A DNA stretch of 64,000 nt, from positions 659,710 to 723,709 of the forward strand of contig JAKAGM010000001.1 of the NCBI GenBank assembly GCA_021815445.1, given 5' to 3'. Positions 19,982 to 29,749 of the stretch are shown here, in pieces; position 1 is the stretch's first letter, and every line of letters begins with the position of its first letter. Both the position numbers and the translations under genes were made by a program. The stretch comes from a bacterium. Its GTDB lineage: Bacteria; Patescibacteriota; Patescibacteriia; UBA10025. The notes beneath the pieces were generated by a model. It searched no databases, was not told where the DNA came from, and saw nothing but the letters and a program-made list of their open reading frames with translations.

Positions 19982-21232
19982 TTATTTGGCATGAGGAAAT
20001 ATGCTTGAAATGACCAGAACAACTGTCGCCGCAATAATCCCTCCGATAGTCAGCCACGCGATAATATTGCCGAATTTCTTGTTGGTATTTTCCCCCATTA
20101 TCTTTTTGTTGTTGATAATTTTTATGACAAAGACAAGTATGAAAGGCAAAAGAATGCCGTTGATATCCTGCGACCACAGCATTATTTTAATCAGGGGGAC
20201 ATGGGGAATGAGGACTACGCCTGCCGGAATAATTAATGAGAGCAGGATGATACTATAGAAAAATTTCCCCTCTTTCCACTTCGTGTTAAACCCGTGCTCC
20301 CACCCGAACGCTTCGCAGATCGCGTACGCCGTTGTCGTCGGGAGGATAAACGCTCCAAGCATCGACGCAATAAAGAGACCGAAAGCAAAAAGCACCTTAG
20401 CAAAATCTCCTGCAAGCGGCTGGAGGGCATAGGCGGCATCTTTTGCATCCTGTATGTGGATGCCATGGACAAAAAATGTCGCTGCGCATCCGATGATAAT
20501 GAAGAAACTTACGATGTCGGTAATGAATGCGCCAAGGTACACTTCAAACTTTTCAGCTTTATAATGCTTAAGACCGAGCCCTTTGTCGACGACATATGAT
20601 TGGATAAAGAACTGTCCCCATGGAGTGATTGTCGTACCGATAAGCGCGATCATTGTGAGTAAAAATGGCGATGTCCATTGTATAGTCGGGGTCACCAGGC
20701 TCTTTGCCGCCAGAGTAAAATCGGGATGGACATGGAATCCGTTAATGATATAAATGACATAGAACATGGAAAACATCAGGAATATTTTCTGGGCGGTCTT
20801 GAACGACCCTTTGTACAAAATAAACCATACGGCAAATCCGGCAAGCGGGACGGAGATATACTTTACAATGTTAAAAATCTCCAGCGACTCCGCGATACCG
20901 GCGAACTCGGCCATCATGGTTCCGAGATTTGCGATCAGCATCGCGACCATCGCGAAGACGGTCCACCGGACGCCGAAATTTTCCCTGATCAGCGACGCAA
21001 GGCCTTTTCTGGTGACGAGGCCGATGCGGATCCCCATTTCCTGAGTAATAGCCAAAGAAAAGGTGATAAGAAGCAGCACCCAGAGCATTGAGTACCCAAA
21101 GCTCGCACCGACGACTGAGTATGTGCTGATGCCGCCCGCGTCGTTATCAGCGTTTGCGGCGATGATGCCGGGCCCGATCACGCTTAAAAAAAACAGCACC
21201 CTCGGCCAGTTCCTTTTTACCCATCCCACCAT
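19982..21232 (-). CDS. NRAMP-family divalent metal transporter, Mg-type (NRMT) signature
   Basis: GPGIIAANADNDAGG, QEMGIRIGLVTRKGL, GTTITPW. Confidence 0.88.
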   Translation of the reverse strand: MVGWVKRNWPRVLFFLSVIGPGIIAANADNDAGGISTYSVVGASFGYSMLWVLLLITFSLAITQEMGIRIGLVTRKGLASLIRENFGVRWTVFAMVAMLIANLGTMMAEFAGIAESLEIFNIVKYISVPLAGFAVWFILYKGSFKTAQKIFLMFSMFYVIYIINGFHVHPDFTLAAKSLVTPTIQWTSPFLLTMIALIGTTITPWGQFFIQSYVVDKGLGLKHYKAEKFEVYLGAFITDIVSFFIIIGCAATFFVHGIHIQDAKDAAYALQPLAGDFAKVLFAFGLFIASMLGAFILPTTTAYAICEAFGWEHGFNTKWKEGKFFYSIILLSLIIPAGVVLIPHVPLIKIMLWSQDINGILLPFILVFVIKIINNKKIMGENTNKKFGNIIAWLTIGGIIAATVVLVISSIFPHAK

Positions 21233-21286
21233 CCGTGTATCACGGTAAAATAATTAAATCCTCCTTAGAGAAATTCAATACTCGCC

Positions 21287-22501
21287 TTATGCTTCGGGGA
21301 CCAAATACCGCATAATATCATCGACGCTGATGATTCCCTGGATTCTTTTCTCCTTGTCGATGACGGCTACAGAAAGTAAATTATACTTTGTCATCACCCG
21401 CGCCACTTCACTGAGCCGAGTCCTGCTCCTAAGCATGATCATATTTGTCGTCATGCGCTCTGAGACCTTTAATGCACTTGGCGAGACAAAGAGGGTCCTC
21501 ACGGAAAGAACTCCGAGAAGATGCTTTTCGCCGTCTACGACATAGAGATAATAAATTGAACCGAATTCGTCCGAGATCTTTCTAATGTAATTCTGCGCTT
21601 CTTCGATTGTCCACGTGGGGAGGATAGTGACAAATGCCGTGGACATGAGTGAACCCGCTGTGTTCTCGTGATATCCGGAGAGTTTTTTGACAGCGGTTTG
21701 CTCGGTACTCTCAAGTTTGGTGAGTAATTCGCTGGAAGCGCTGTCAGGCATTCGTCTGACGACATCGGCAATTTCATCAGTAGGCATCTCTCGAATAATT
21801 TCGGCAGCGCGTTTCTCGCCGATAAGATTAACGAGGAGGTTTCTCACCTTTGGGTGAACTTCTCCCAGTACTTTCGCCGCGGTCTCATCATCGAGAGCCT
21901 TGACCACCCGGCTTCCTTCTTTGATATTGAGCTGTTCGATGAGGTTCGCGATGTCAGCGGGGTGTATCTTCTGAATTTCGGCGAGACGCGTTTTGATTCT
22001 CAAATCCCCGCTGTGCCTCCCGACGAGACTGACGTCTTTCCAGTCAATATATCCAAGAGATGAGGATTTATAAAAGGGAATCGCATGAACATTGATCCCC
22101 AGGCGCCGCAGCAAAGACCAGTTGGACACGTCAATGCCCACAACAGCAAAAGTGTTCCCAACCTTGCCGAGCTGGAGGTCATTGACCCTGACGACCCGCA
22201 CCCCCCTCATATCGACAATTTGCTGGTCCAGAACGTCAGAAACCAGCATCAGGTAGCTCCCCGTCCGAGTATACGGGGTAACGTGTTCCTTTGTGACTGT
22301 CAGTGTGACCTCTTTTTCTCCGATATTCTCAATCTGCTCCCAGGGGATTACAAGCTCTTCCTTACCCTTTTTCACTACAAGCGCTTCGACGCGAGGATAT
22401 TCGTGAAGGTCATATTTTGTCACCACATCAGCGAGTTTGCCGATATCCTCATATTGGCTGTCTATTACCGGGGCATGGAGCAGTCTGCTGAGATGAATCA
22501 T
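21287..22501 (-). CDS. PRC + MgtE N-domain + CBS-pair protein (no TM region)
   Basis: IGKLADVV and VRVNDLQL PRC repeats, HPADIANLIEQL, TAGSLMST, YYLYVVD, GIISVDDI. Confidence 0.88.
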   Translation of the reverse strand: MIHLSRLLHAPVIDSQYEDIGKLADVVTKYDLHEYPRVEALVVKKGKEELVIPWEQIENIGEKEVTLTVTKEHVTPYTRTGSYLMLVSDVLDQQIVDMRGVRVVRVNDLQLGKVGNTFAVVGIDVSNWSLLRRLGINVHAIPFYKSSSLGYIDWKDVSLVGRHSGDLRIKTRLAEIQKIHPADIANLIEQLNIKEGSRVVKALDDETAAKVLGEVHPKVRNLLVNLIGEKRAAEIIREMPTDEIADVVRRMPDSASSELLTKLESTEQTAVKKLSGYHENTAGSLMSTAFVTILPTWTIEEAQNYIRKISDEFGSIYYLYVVDGEKHLLGVLSVRTLFVSPSALKVSERMTTNMIMLRSRTRLSEVARVMTKYNLLSVAVIDKEKRIQGIISVDDIMRYLVPEA

Positions 22502-22574
22502 ATTGGCTGTCTATCTGAGTGAAGTTGATGTCTGTTCAATGTATTCCGTTCAAAAAGCGGGTAAAGGTGATCGG

Positions 22575-23105
22575 TTAATTCTTCTTTTCCAGAAAAAACC
22601 GCGCTGGCTCCTGCGTGAGATCCCATGAACGGGCCTGGAATGCTTCTCCGTACTTCTCTACATACTTTACCGCGAAGCTCTGGAGTGCGTCAAAAAGATC
22701 AAGGTCGAGAATCCCTGCGACAGCGGTAACTACCTTATGCACCGCTGAAGCCCGTTCTGCTGAGGTTTTGAATCCATAGTGCAGGTTTTGCCTGACCAGA
22801 TTGGTCATGAGGAATACCAACATCACGCTGGTATCCTCATCCGCACCGATAGTCAAGGGGCGGGAAAGGGAATCGCCGTTAGCGACAATGTAAATAGGAA
22901 TCAGGGGATCTGTGTGCTCTTCCCACGGATAGCCGGAAAATACCGGGATTGCTTTGAGGATTTGCTCGATATATATATCATATACCTCTTCAAAGTTCCC
23001 GCCGGCGGTAATAATATCCTGCCATACTTCAGAGAACGGCTTGTCTCCCTTATACAGTCTTTCAGCGTAGTCAAAACTATAATGAATTTCGGTCTTTGGG
23101 ATCAT
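22575..23105 (-). CDS. Hypothetical protein
   Basis: 176-aa ORF filling the gap between leuS and the MgtE-N gene on the same strand. Confidence 0.7.
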   Translation of the reverse strand: MIPKTEIHYSFDYAERLYKGDKPFSEVWQDIITAGGNFEEVYDIYIEQILKAIPVFSGYPWEEHTDPLIPIYIVANGDSLSRPLTIGADEDTSVMLVFLMTNLVRQNLHYGFKTSAERASAVHKVVTAVAGILDLDLFDALQSFAVKYVEKYGEAFQARSWDLTQEPARFFLEKKN

Positions 23106-23199
23106 ATTCGATTACTTACCAGCGCAGGCACGGCGGCCCTGCGCTGCGCATGTTATCAACTCCGGGCACGCCCCCCGCTGTGGGTGCGCTCAAATGGTT

Positions 23200-26100
23200 T
23201 CAAACCACAATACTCACCAGCCGTCCTTTAATGTATATGACTTTCTTCGGTTGCTTGCCGTCCAGCCATTTAAGCACTTTTTCGCTCGAGAGCGCAAGTT
23301 TCTTGGCTTCGTCCTCGGAAATATCTGAGGCAACTTTCATTTGGTCGCGGACTTTGCCGTTTATTTGGACTACAATAGTAATTTCGTCCTCGACGATCAA
23401 TTTTGGATCGAAAGAAGGCCACGGTTCTTTGGAAATACTTTCTTTGTGACCTAGCTGCTCCCAAAGTTCCTCTGAAAGGTGGGGGGCGAAGGGTGAAAGT
23501 AGTCGTAACAAAACTTCAAAATCTTGCTTTAAAAATTCGGCCGGTGCCTCTGCTACTGCATTCGTATACTTCATATATTCTGAAACAGCAGTGTTGAACT
23601 TGAACTGTTCGATGTCCACAGTGATCTTCTTAACTAACTGGTGTGTTCTTTTATTCATGGTCGCCATCGCAGGCGCGGAGACCTGCGCTGGCTGATCGAC
23701 AAATACATTCCATACTCTCTCCAAAAATCTTTTTACCCCGATCATCCCCTGCGTACTCCACGGCTTGGCGTCCTCGAATGGACCCATAAACATTTCATAC
23801 ATGCGCATGGTGTCTGCCCCGAACTTCTTGATGACTTCATCGGGATTGATGACGTTGCCCCGGGACTTGGACATCTTCTGTCCGTCTTCGCCGAGAATGA
23901 GCCCCTGGTTTTTTAACTTTGTGAACGGCTCGTCGCCGTGTTTCTTTACGAATGACTTTGGCACGACCTCAATGTCGCACAGGAACTTATAGATGAATCG
24001 AGCGTAGAGCAGGTGAAGTACTGCGTGTTCCGCACCGCCGATATACATATCTACTGGCAGCCATTTCTCTAGCTTTTTCGGATCGGCAAGCTTTTTGTCA
24101 TTCTTCGGATCGCAGTAGCGCAGGAAATACCAGTTCGATCCGGCCCACTGGGGCATGGTATTCGTCTCACGCTTTGCCGGCTTGCCGCACTTCGGGCATT
24201 TCACATTCACCCATTTTTCAATACTGGCCAAGGGCGACTCACCTGTGCCGGTGGGTTCGTACTTTTTTACGTTGGGAAGTTCGACGGGCAAATCTTTTTC
24301 GTGAACAGGATTCACTCCGACGGGCAGGGGGTTCTTTCCAACTATTTCTTCGAGAACTTCGGGGAATGTATATGCATGGCCATTTTTCAATGAGAAATGA
24401 TTGCGCCCGGGGAGGAGATGATAGTCGCCGCGGAGTTTCTTCTTATACCATTCCGGGATTTCGGCGGGAATGTACGCATCATTGTCCGAATAATAATATG
24501 AAATTTTTTCCGTGTTTTTTTGCACATCGGCGTACCGAAGTTCGGCCTCATGGAATTTCCTTTGCCAAGCCGCGGGATTATCGGGATGCTGCTTCTGGAA
24601 TTCGGTCCAATCCATCTCTGTGCTGGTTGGAGCCACTAAAATCAGTTTTTTGATCTTTTTCTTGCGTGATGCCAAAAAATACATTGCCGCGATGCCGCCG
24701 AGTGAATGACCGATCAGTATTGTATGTTCATCAAATGCATTCTTCAACGTTTCCAAAGCCGTTAACCATTGTTCACGGTCAGGCTGCTTCGAGTCAGGCA
24801 TATCGGGTACTATAACCTGATGTCCAAGTTCGCGTAGTTTGGTCGCCAACCAGTCATACCAGTTCGCCTTGCCATTGCTCCCCGTACCGTGAATAATCAC
24901 AATAGTTTCTTTTTTCTGCTTCCGACAATGTTCACAATGCACAATCGGTATCGGTTCGCCCCAGTACCGCTGTCGGCTAAATAGCCAATCGCGAAGTTTA
25001 TATTGCACTTTGAATCTGCCGCGACCGTCTTTTTCGAGACGCGCAATGATTTTTTTCTTACACTGGACCGTCGTCAATCCGTCGTACTCTCCTGAGTTTA
25101 TTGCTACTCCTTCGCCGATAAACGCCGCCGGCTTTACATAATATTGCCAAATTTCTTTGGCATTTAAATGGGTAACGGCATCCAATACCTTGTGTTCAGA
25201 CACCCAGACTGGCTCATGCTTTTCTTTTTCCTCATTGTGAATCTGATGTCGTGTCTCATCGACTAAATCAAACACGACACCGCTAGCCATGCCGTATCTG
25301 TTTTCATTCTTATGCTTGGCAAAAAAGGTGAAATGAGTCTGCCAGTTTATTTCCTCGACAAACTTGAGATTGATATAGCCTGTTTCTTCGGCTATTTCGC
25401 GTTTCGCGGCTGTTATCAAGTCCTCCCCGTCTTCTACTCCGCCGACGACAAACGATACCCAATCATATTTTTTCCACCGCAGGCAAAGGACGTCATTGTT
25501 CTTCGGATTCCTGACGATACCATACACGAGCTTGCGCCTCACCATCGGTTTGTCCGATCGCAATTTCAAGTCTTCGGTATTCTGAAAAAAAGGAGCCATC
25601 ACCTGCTTGACAGGCAGTGAATATTTTTTCGCAAACTCAAAGTCCCGCTGGTCATGCGCCGGCACCGCCATAATCGCGCCAGTGCCGTAAGACATCAAAA
25701 CGTAGTCCGCCGCCCATATAGGGATTTCCTGTCCATCAACAGGGCGAATCGCTTTTATCCCCTTAAGCTCAACGCCGGTTTTTACTTTCACTAAATCGGT
25801 TCTCTCTAAGTCCGACTTATTTACGGCGGAATGAATATATTTTTCAACTTCGCTTTTATTTTCAACCATGCTGAGGGCATCCTGGACAAGCGGGTGCTCA
25901 GGGGCAACCACCATATATGTAGCGCCGAATATCGTGTCGGGTCGCGTAGTAAAAACAGTGAGCTCCCTGGTTTGTAGTTTCGGGTTTTGAATTTTGAACA
26001 CGATTTCGGCGCCTTCGCTCTTCCCGATCCAGTTCTTCTGCAACAGTTTGATGTTCTCCGGCCAGTCAACTTTGTCTAAATCGTTCAGCAACCGTTCGAT

Positions 26101-26700
26101 GTACCGTTCGTCGGTGATTTTCACCAGCCACTGTTTGATTTTTTTCTTGGTGACGGGAGTCCCGCACCGTTCGCATTTGCCGTCGATGACCTCTTCGTTC
26201 GCCAGACCCGTCTTGTCTTTCGGGCACCAGTTGATCGGGGCGTCAGCCTCGTAGGCGAGGCCGTGCTCGAAAAGTTTGAGGAAGATCCACTGCGTCCATC
26301 GGTAATACTTCGGATCGGAGGTAATAACTTCACGATCCCAGTCATAGGAAAAGCCGAGCGACTGAATCTGCCGCCGCATGTTCTCGATGTTTTTCGCTGT
26401 CGTCACCGCGGGATGTGTGCCTGTTTTGAGGGCGTAGTTTTCCGCCGGAAGTCCGAATGCGTCGAACCCCATCGGGTGGAGCACCTCAAATCCTTTCATC
26501 CGCAGGTAGCGGGAATAAATATCCGACGCCGTGTATCCCTCGGGATGGCCGACATGCAGACCCTCGGCTGACGGATACGGGAACATGTCCAGAATGTACT
26601 TCTTTTCCCGTCGTGAAGTATCGCTGGCATGGAATGACTTCTCTTTTGCCCAACGTTCTTGCCACTTTTTTTCTATGCTCTGGTGGTCGTAACGGTCCAT
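23200..26700 (-). CDS. leuS: Leucyl-tRNA synthetase with inserted Nudix and alpha/beta-hydrolase domains
   Basis: [61 protein letters not shown]. At 1166 aa it is much longer than a typical LeuRS. Confidence 0.97.
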   Translation of the reverse strand: MDRYDHQSIEKKWQERWAKEKSFHASDTSRREKKYILDMFPYPSAEGLHVGHPEGYTASDIYSRYLRMKGFEVLHPMGFDAFGLPAENYALKTGTHPAVTTAKNIENMRRQIQSLGFSYDWDREVITSDPKYYRWTQWIFLKLFEHGLAYEADAPINWCPKDKTGLANEEVIDGKCERCGTPVTKKKIKQWLVKITDERYIERLLNDLDKVDWPENIKLLQKNWIGKSEGAEIVFKIQNPKLQTRELTVFTTRPDTIFGATYMVVAPEHPLVQDALSMVENKSEVEKYIHSAVNKSDLERTDLVKVKTGVELKGIKAIRPVDGQEIPIWAADYVLMSYGTGAIMAVPAHDQRDFEFAKKYSLPVKQVMAPFFQNTEDLKLRSDKPMVRRKLVYGIVRNPKNNDVLCLRWKKYDWVSFVVGGVEDGEDLITAAKREIAEETGYINLKFVEEINWQTHFTFFAKHKNENRYGMASGVVFDLVDETRHQIHNEEKEKHEPVWVSEHKVLDAVTHLNAKEIWQYYVKPAAFIGEGVAINSGEYDGLTTVQCKKKIIARLEKDGRGRFKVQYKLRDWLFSRQRYWGEPIPIVHCEHCRKQKKETIVIIHGTGSNGKANWYDWLATKLRELGHQVIVPDMPDSKQPDREQWLTALETLKNAFDEHTILIGHSLGGIAAMYFLASRKKKIKKLILVAPTSTEMDWTEFQKQHPDNPAAWQRKFHEAELRYADVQKNTEKISYYYSDNDAYIPAEIPEWYKKKLRGDYHLLPGRNHFSLKNGHAYTFPEVLEEIVGKNPLPVGVNPVHEKDLPVELPNVKKYEPTGTGESPLASIEKWVNVKCPKCGKPAKRETNTMPQWAGSNWYFLRYCDPKNDKKLADPKKLEKWLPVDMYIGGAEHAVLHLLYARFIYKFLCDIEVVPKSFVKKHGDEPFTKLKNQGLILGEDGQKMSKSRGNVINPDEVIKKFGADTMRMYEMFMGPFEDAKPWSTQGMIGVKRFLERVWNVFVDQPAQVSAPAMATMNKRTHQLVKKITVDIEQFKFNTAVSEYMKYTNAVAEAPAEFLKQDFEVLLRLLSPFAPHLSEELWEQLGHKESISKEPWPSFDPKLIVEDEITIVVQINGKVRDQMKVASDISEDEAKKLALSSEKVLKWLDGKQPKKVIYIKGRLVSIVV

Positions 26701-26857
26701 ATGTGGCGAAATTGTACCATTTTTTCAACAATAAAAAAACTGACCTCCCAAACAGAGCATTGACACGCGAGACCGGCGATGATATGCTTTCCCTTGACTC
26801 AAAATTTTACTGAAAAACGCTATACTTGGCCTTCGAATCAAGAAAACACTGGTCGTA

Positions 26858-28168
26858 GTGCTTCATGCCTTCTTGCGGGGGTCATGGGCAATTGCGCGCG
26901 GATTTGGACGTTTTCTTGACATGGGCCTGGCGAAGCCGTTGCGGGCAATCGGCATCATCGTCTTTAAACATGGGTTGGTACATCTCTATCGCGCCTACCT
27001 CATCGCAAAAAATGCGCTGAAGAGTTTTTTTTCACCTGCAAAAAACAAAATACTCTTCCCGCTCATGAAAAGGGGGATACTGCATATACTTCTCGTGATT
27101 ATCGCCGCCGGGGTTATTTTCACAAATCTTAACGTCCATACCGGCCGGGCAGAGACTCTCGGACAGGGCACGCTGATGGGAACGCTTGTGCCGCCGGAGG
27201 AAGCCGATACAGTGGAAACAATCACGAAGATCCCCCAGAAACACGTATCGTATCTCGGCGACTTTGCAAGCGCGCAGTACGAAAGCGGTCAGGGCACCGA
27301 CCAGGACCAGGGCCCTCTCAGCATTGCTGATACGAGCGGAGCCCTGATTCAGCCGACGCTCCCGTCCACCACGCAATCGGGCGCGGCACGAGACCAAGTA
27401 GAATATTATATTGTCCAAGGCGGTGACACTTCCAGCACTATTGCCGAGAAGTTCGGGATCTCCACCAATACGCTATTGTGGGAAAATCGTCTCGGCCCGA
27501 GTGATGTGATAAAACCCGGCCAGAAGCTTACTATCCTGCCTACAAGCGGTCTCTCTTATCAAGTACAAAAAAACGACACTCTGGCGAGCATCGCAAAAAA
27601 GCTTTCCGCGGATGAAAATACCATCATAGATTACAATCAGCTTGCCAATGCGGATGCCATCGAGCTTGGCCAGATTCTGATCGTTCCGGGCGGGAAACCC
27701 CCTGAACAACCGGCGCAACCACGGACGCAACCGTCTGCACCGTCGACCGCCGTCCCGTCACAGGTTGCCACAGGTCCGATACCTCCTTCGGCAAGGGCGC
27801 CCGTTGGCTCGAGGTTTTTATGGCCCACCACCAGCCATAGAATTAATCAGTATTTCAAAGGATACCGGCATACCGGACTGGACATAGACGGTGATTACTC
27901 TTCGCCAATCTGGGCTGCGGCTGACGGCACCGTAGAGTTGGTCGCTTATCAAAATTACGGGTACGGGTACCACATCATCATCAACCACGGGGGAGGATTC
28001 AAAACGCTGTACGGACACGCGAGCAAAATCTTCGTTAAACAGGGGCAACATGTTGATAAAGGTCAGACCATAGCCATAGTCGGCAGCACCGGCAGGTCTA
28101 CGGGCACTCACGTCCATTTCGAAGTGATTATCAACGGCCAGAAAGTAAACCCGTTAAGCTACCTCTAG
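26858..28168 (+). CDS. LysM-domain M23 peptidase
   Basis: TM helix, two LysM repeats (YIVQGGDT, YQVQKNDTLASIAKK), HTGLD, YGH, STGTHVHFEV. Confidence 0.93.
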   Translation: MLHAFLRGSWAIARGFGRFLDMGLAKPLRAIGIIVFKHGLVHLYRAYLIAKNALKSFFSPAKNKILFPLMKRGILHILLVIIAAGVIFTNLNVHTGRAETLGQGTLMGTLVPPEEADTVETITKIPQKHVSYLGDFASAQYESGQGTDQDQGPLSIADTSGALIQPTLPSTTQSGAARDQVEYYIVQGGDTSSTIAEKFGISTNTLLWENRLGPSDVIKPGQKLTILPTSGLSYQVQKNDTLASIAKKLSADENTIIDYNQLANADAIELGQILIVPGGKPPEQPAQPRTQPSAPSTAVPSQVATGPIPPSARAPVGSRFLWPTTSHRINQYFKGYRHTGLDIDGDYSSPIWAAADGTVELVAYQNYGYGYHIIINHGGGFKTLYGHASKIFVKQGQHVDKGQTIAIVGSTGRSTGTHVHFEVIINGQKVNPLSYL

Positions 28169-28187
28169 CATTGCATCAATGTAAACA

Positions 28188-28223
28188 AAAGCGAGTTTTC
28201 TGAGCACTCAGGAAACTCGCTTT
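28188..28223. terminator. Bidirectional intrinsic terminator
   Basis: aaagcgagtttt-ctgagcactcag-gaaactcgcttt hairpin between convergent genes. Confidence 0.7.
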
Positions 28224-28234
28224 GATATATGGAT

Positions 28235-29044
28235 TTACCGCTTCACCGTTTGCTGGATTTTTTCGATGATTTCATCAATTGTGAAGTTCGATTTGATAAG
28301 GTAGTCGCTTGCCCCCAGCGCTTTGCCCTTTTCGACATCGGCCTCCTGTCCGAGATTGGAAAGTAAAACAACGGGGATGGTCTTGAGCGACTCGGAGCTC
28401 TTCATACGCTTCAGTATTTCGAATCCGTCTATTCCGGGCAGAATAATATCGAGCAATACCACGTGAGGACGGTCGTTTGCAATGCGTTCCAGCCCTTCAG
28501 GCCCGTCAATGGCCGTACTGACATCGAACCCCTCTCGTGCGAGCTTTGTGCGCATAAGATCCCGGAGAAATTGATCATCCTCAATCACAAGCACTTTGAT
28601 GCCATGGGAGACGGCTGCATCGGGCAGTTTGCCGGCCATACGAACTGTCTTCTGGATCGGCGGCGCGCTCTCAGTCTGTTGTAAAAGCGCTTTAACCTTT
28701 GAGATGACTTCCGCTGGAGTAAATTCGGCTTTAATAATGTAGTCGCGTGCTCCGAGCTTCGTCGCCCTATCTATCTCTACTGGCTGTCCGGAGTTGGAGA
28801 TAATGATCACTGGCGGGATCGGACGCTTATCTTTCTGCAATTCTTCAAGCACTTCATATCCGTTGAGGCGCGGCATCAGAATATCGAGCAAGACAATGTC
28901 GGGGCTTACCTCGCGTATTTTTCGCAGACCTATCTCGCCGTTCTCCGCCGTAAAGACGTCAAAGCCCTCCTTCATGAGCTTTTTTTCGAGCACATCGAGC
29001 AATACTTTTTCATCCTCAATAATGAGTATTTTTTTTCGTGTCAT
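28235..29044 (-). CDS. Response regulator with two tandem receiver domains and no output domain
   Basis: IIEDE...LLDILMP...YIIK, then VIEDD...LLDIILP...YLIK. Confidence 0.92.
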   Translation of the reverse strand: MTRKKILIIEDEKVLLDVLEKKLMKEGFDVFTAENGEIGLRKIREVSPDIVLLDILMPRLNGYEVLEELQKDKRPIPPVIIISNSGQPVEIDRATKLGARDYIIKAEFTPAEVISKVKALLQQTESAPPIQKTVRMAGKLPDAAVSHGIKVLVIEDDQFLRDLMRTKLAREGFDVSTAIDGPEGLERIANDRPHVVLLDIILPGIDGFEILKRMKSSESLKTIPVVLLSNLGQEADVEKGKALGASDYLIKSNFTIDEIIEKIQQTVKR

Positions 29045-29051
29045 AGTATTG

Positions 29052-29744
29052 TCAGACTACGTTTTTGAGTGTTCGCTTGTAGTATACTCCGATAAAGATG
29101 CTGAGAAAAGCCGACAAGGAAAAAAAGTCCGAAACCAACACCATGAGCTGCGTGCCCGCAGAATAGTAAGTCGCGGCCGCTATAAGCAGGAGGGAAATGC
29201 CAAAAGCGATCCAGATGGAGCGAACGCGGATGACACGGTCACGAGTCCGCATTCCCTGGTAAAAGAAAAATAAACTTGAGGGAACAAGCACTAAGAGGAG
29301 CAATACCGATGTGAGCGTGCCGAAGATCTCATCAATATTCCAGTTAGTTAAGCCGGTCGTTGGATCATAGAAGGGTTCGTGAAAGCGAATGATGCCGACG
29401 ATAAGGACGCCGAGTGAGAGCGTAAGAAAAATCCAAAAGAGAACCCTGTGAAGACCGGTTTTGAAAAAGAATGTCGTGACCATGACGAAGTATGCCGTAG
29501 CGAGAAAAAGAAAGGCGTGTGCGACAATAAATCCGATCCCTATCGCCTGGGCATTGTGCGGCGCCAGAAGACGAGGAAGTGAAAATGCAAAGTAGGCAAA
29601 GATAAGAAAAAAATATGCGGTGGCAAAATAGCTCAGCACGGTATTTGGCGGATCCATTTTATACGACCGATATATCCTCCACGCACAGAACCCGCAGAGT
29701 ATGCTGTTGAGGAGATCAATGACGGGAGAAATAGGAAAATTCAT
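29052..29744 (-). CDS. 7TM membrane protein (sensor-like)
   Basis: About 7 hydrophobic helices; lies between the HK and RR with 5-7 nt gaps. Confidence 0.75.
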   Translation of the reverse strand: MNFPISPVIDLLNSILCGFCAWRIYRSYKMDPPNTVLSYFATAYFFLIFAYFAFSLPRLLAPHNAQAIGIGFIVAHAFLFLATAYFVMVTTFFFKTGLHRVLFWIFLTLSLGVLIVGIIRFHEPFYDPTTGLTNWNIDEIFGTLTSVLLLLVLVPSSLFFFYQGMRTRDRVIRVRSIWIAFGISLLLIAAATYYSAGTQLMVLVSDFFSLSAFLSIFIGVYYKRTLKNVV

Positions 29745-29749
29745 ATGAA

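Noticed and set aside
23120-23191. GC hairpins after leuS as an ncRNA
   Set aside because: One 9-bp stem and one weak stem; adequately explained as a terminator or stabiliser.
24340-25590. LeuRS inserts as inteins
   Set aside because: No C/S...HN-C/S/T splice junctions or Hint/LAGLIDADG motifs; both inserts carry hydrolase signatures.
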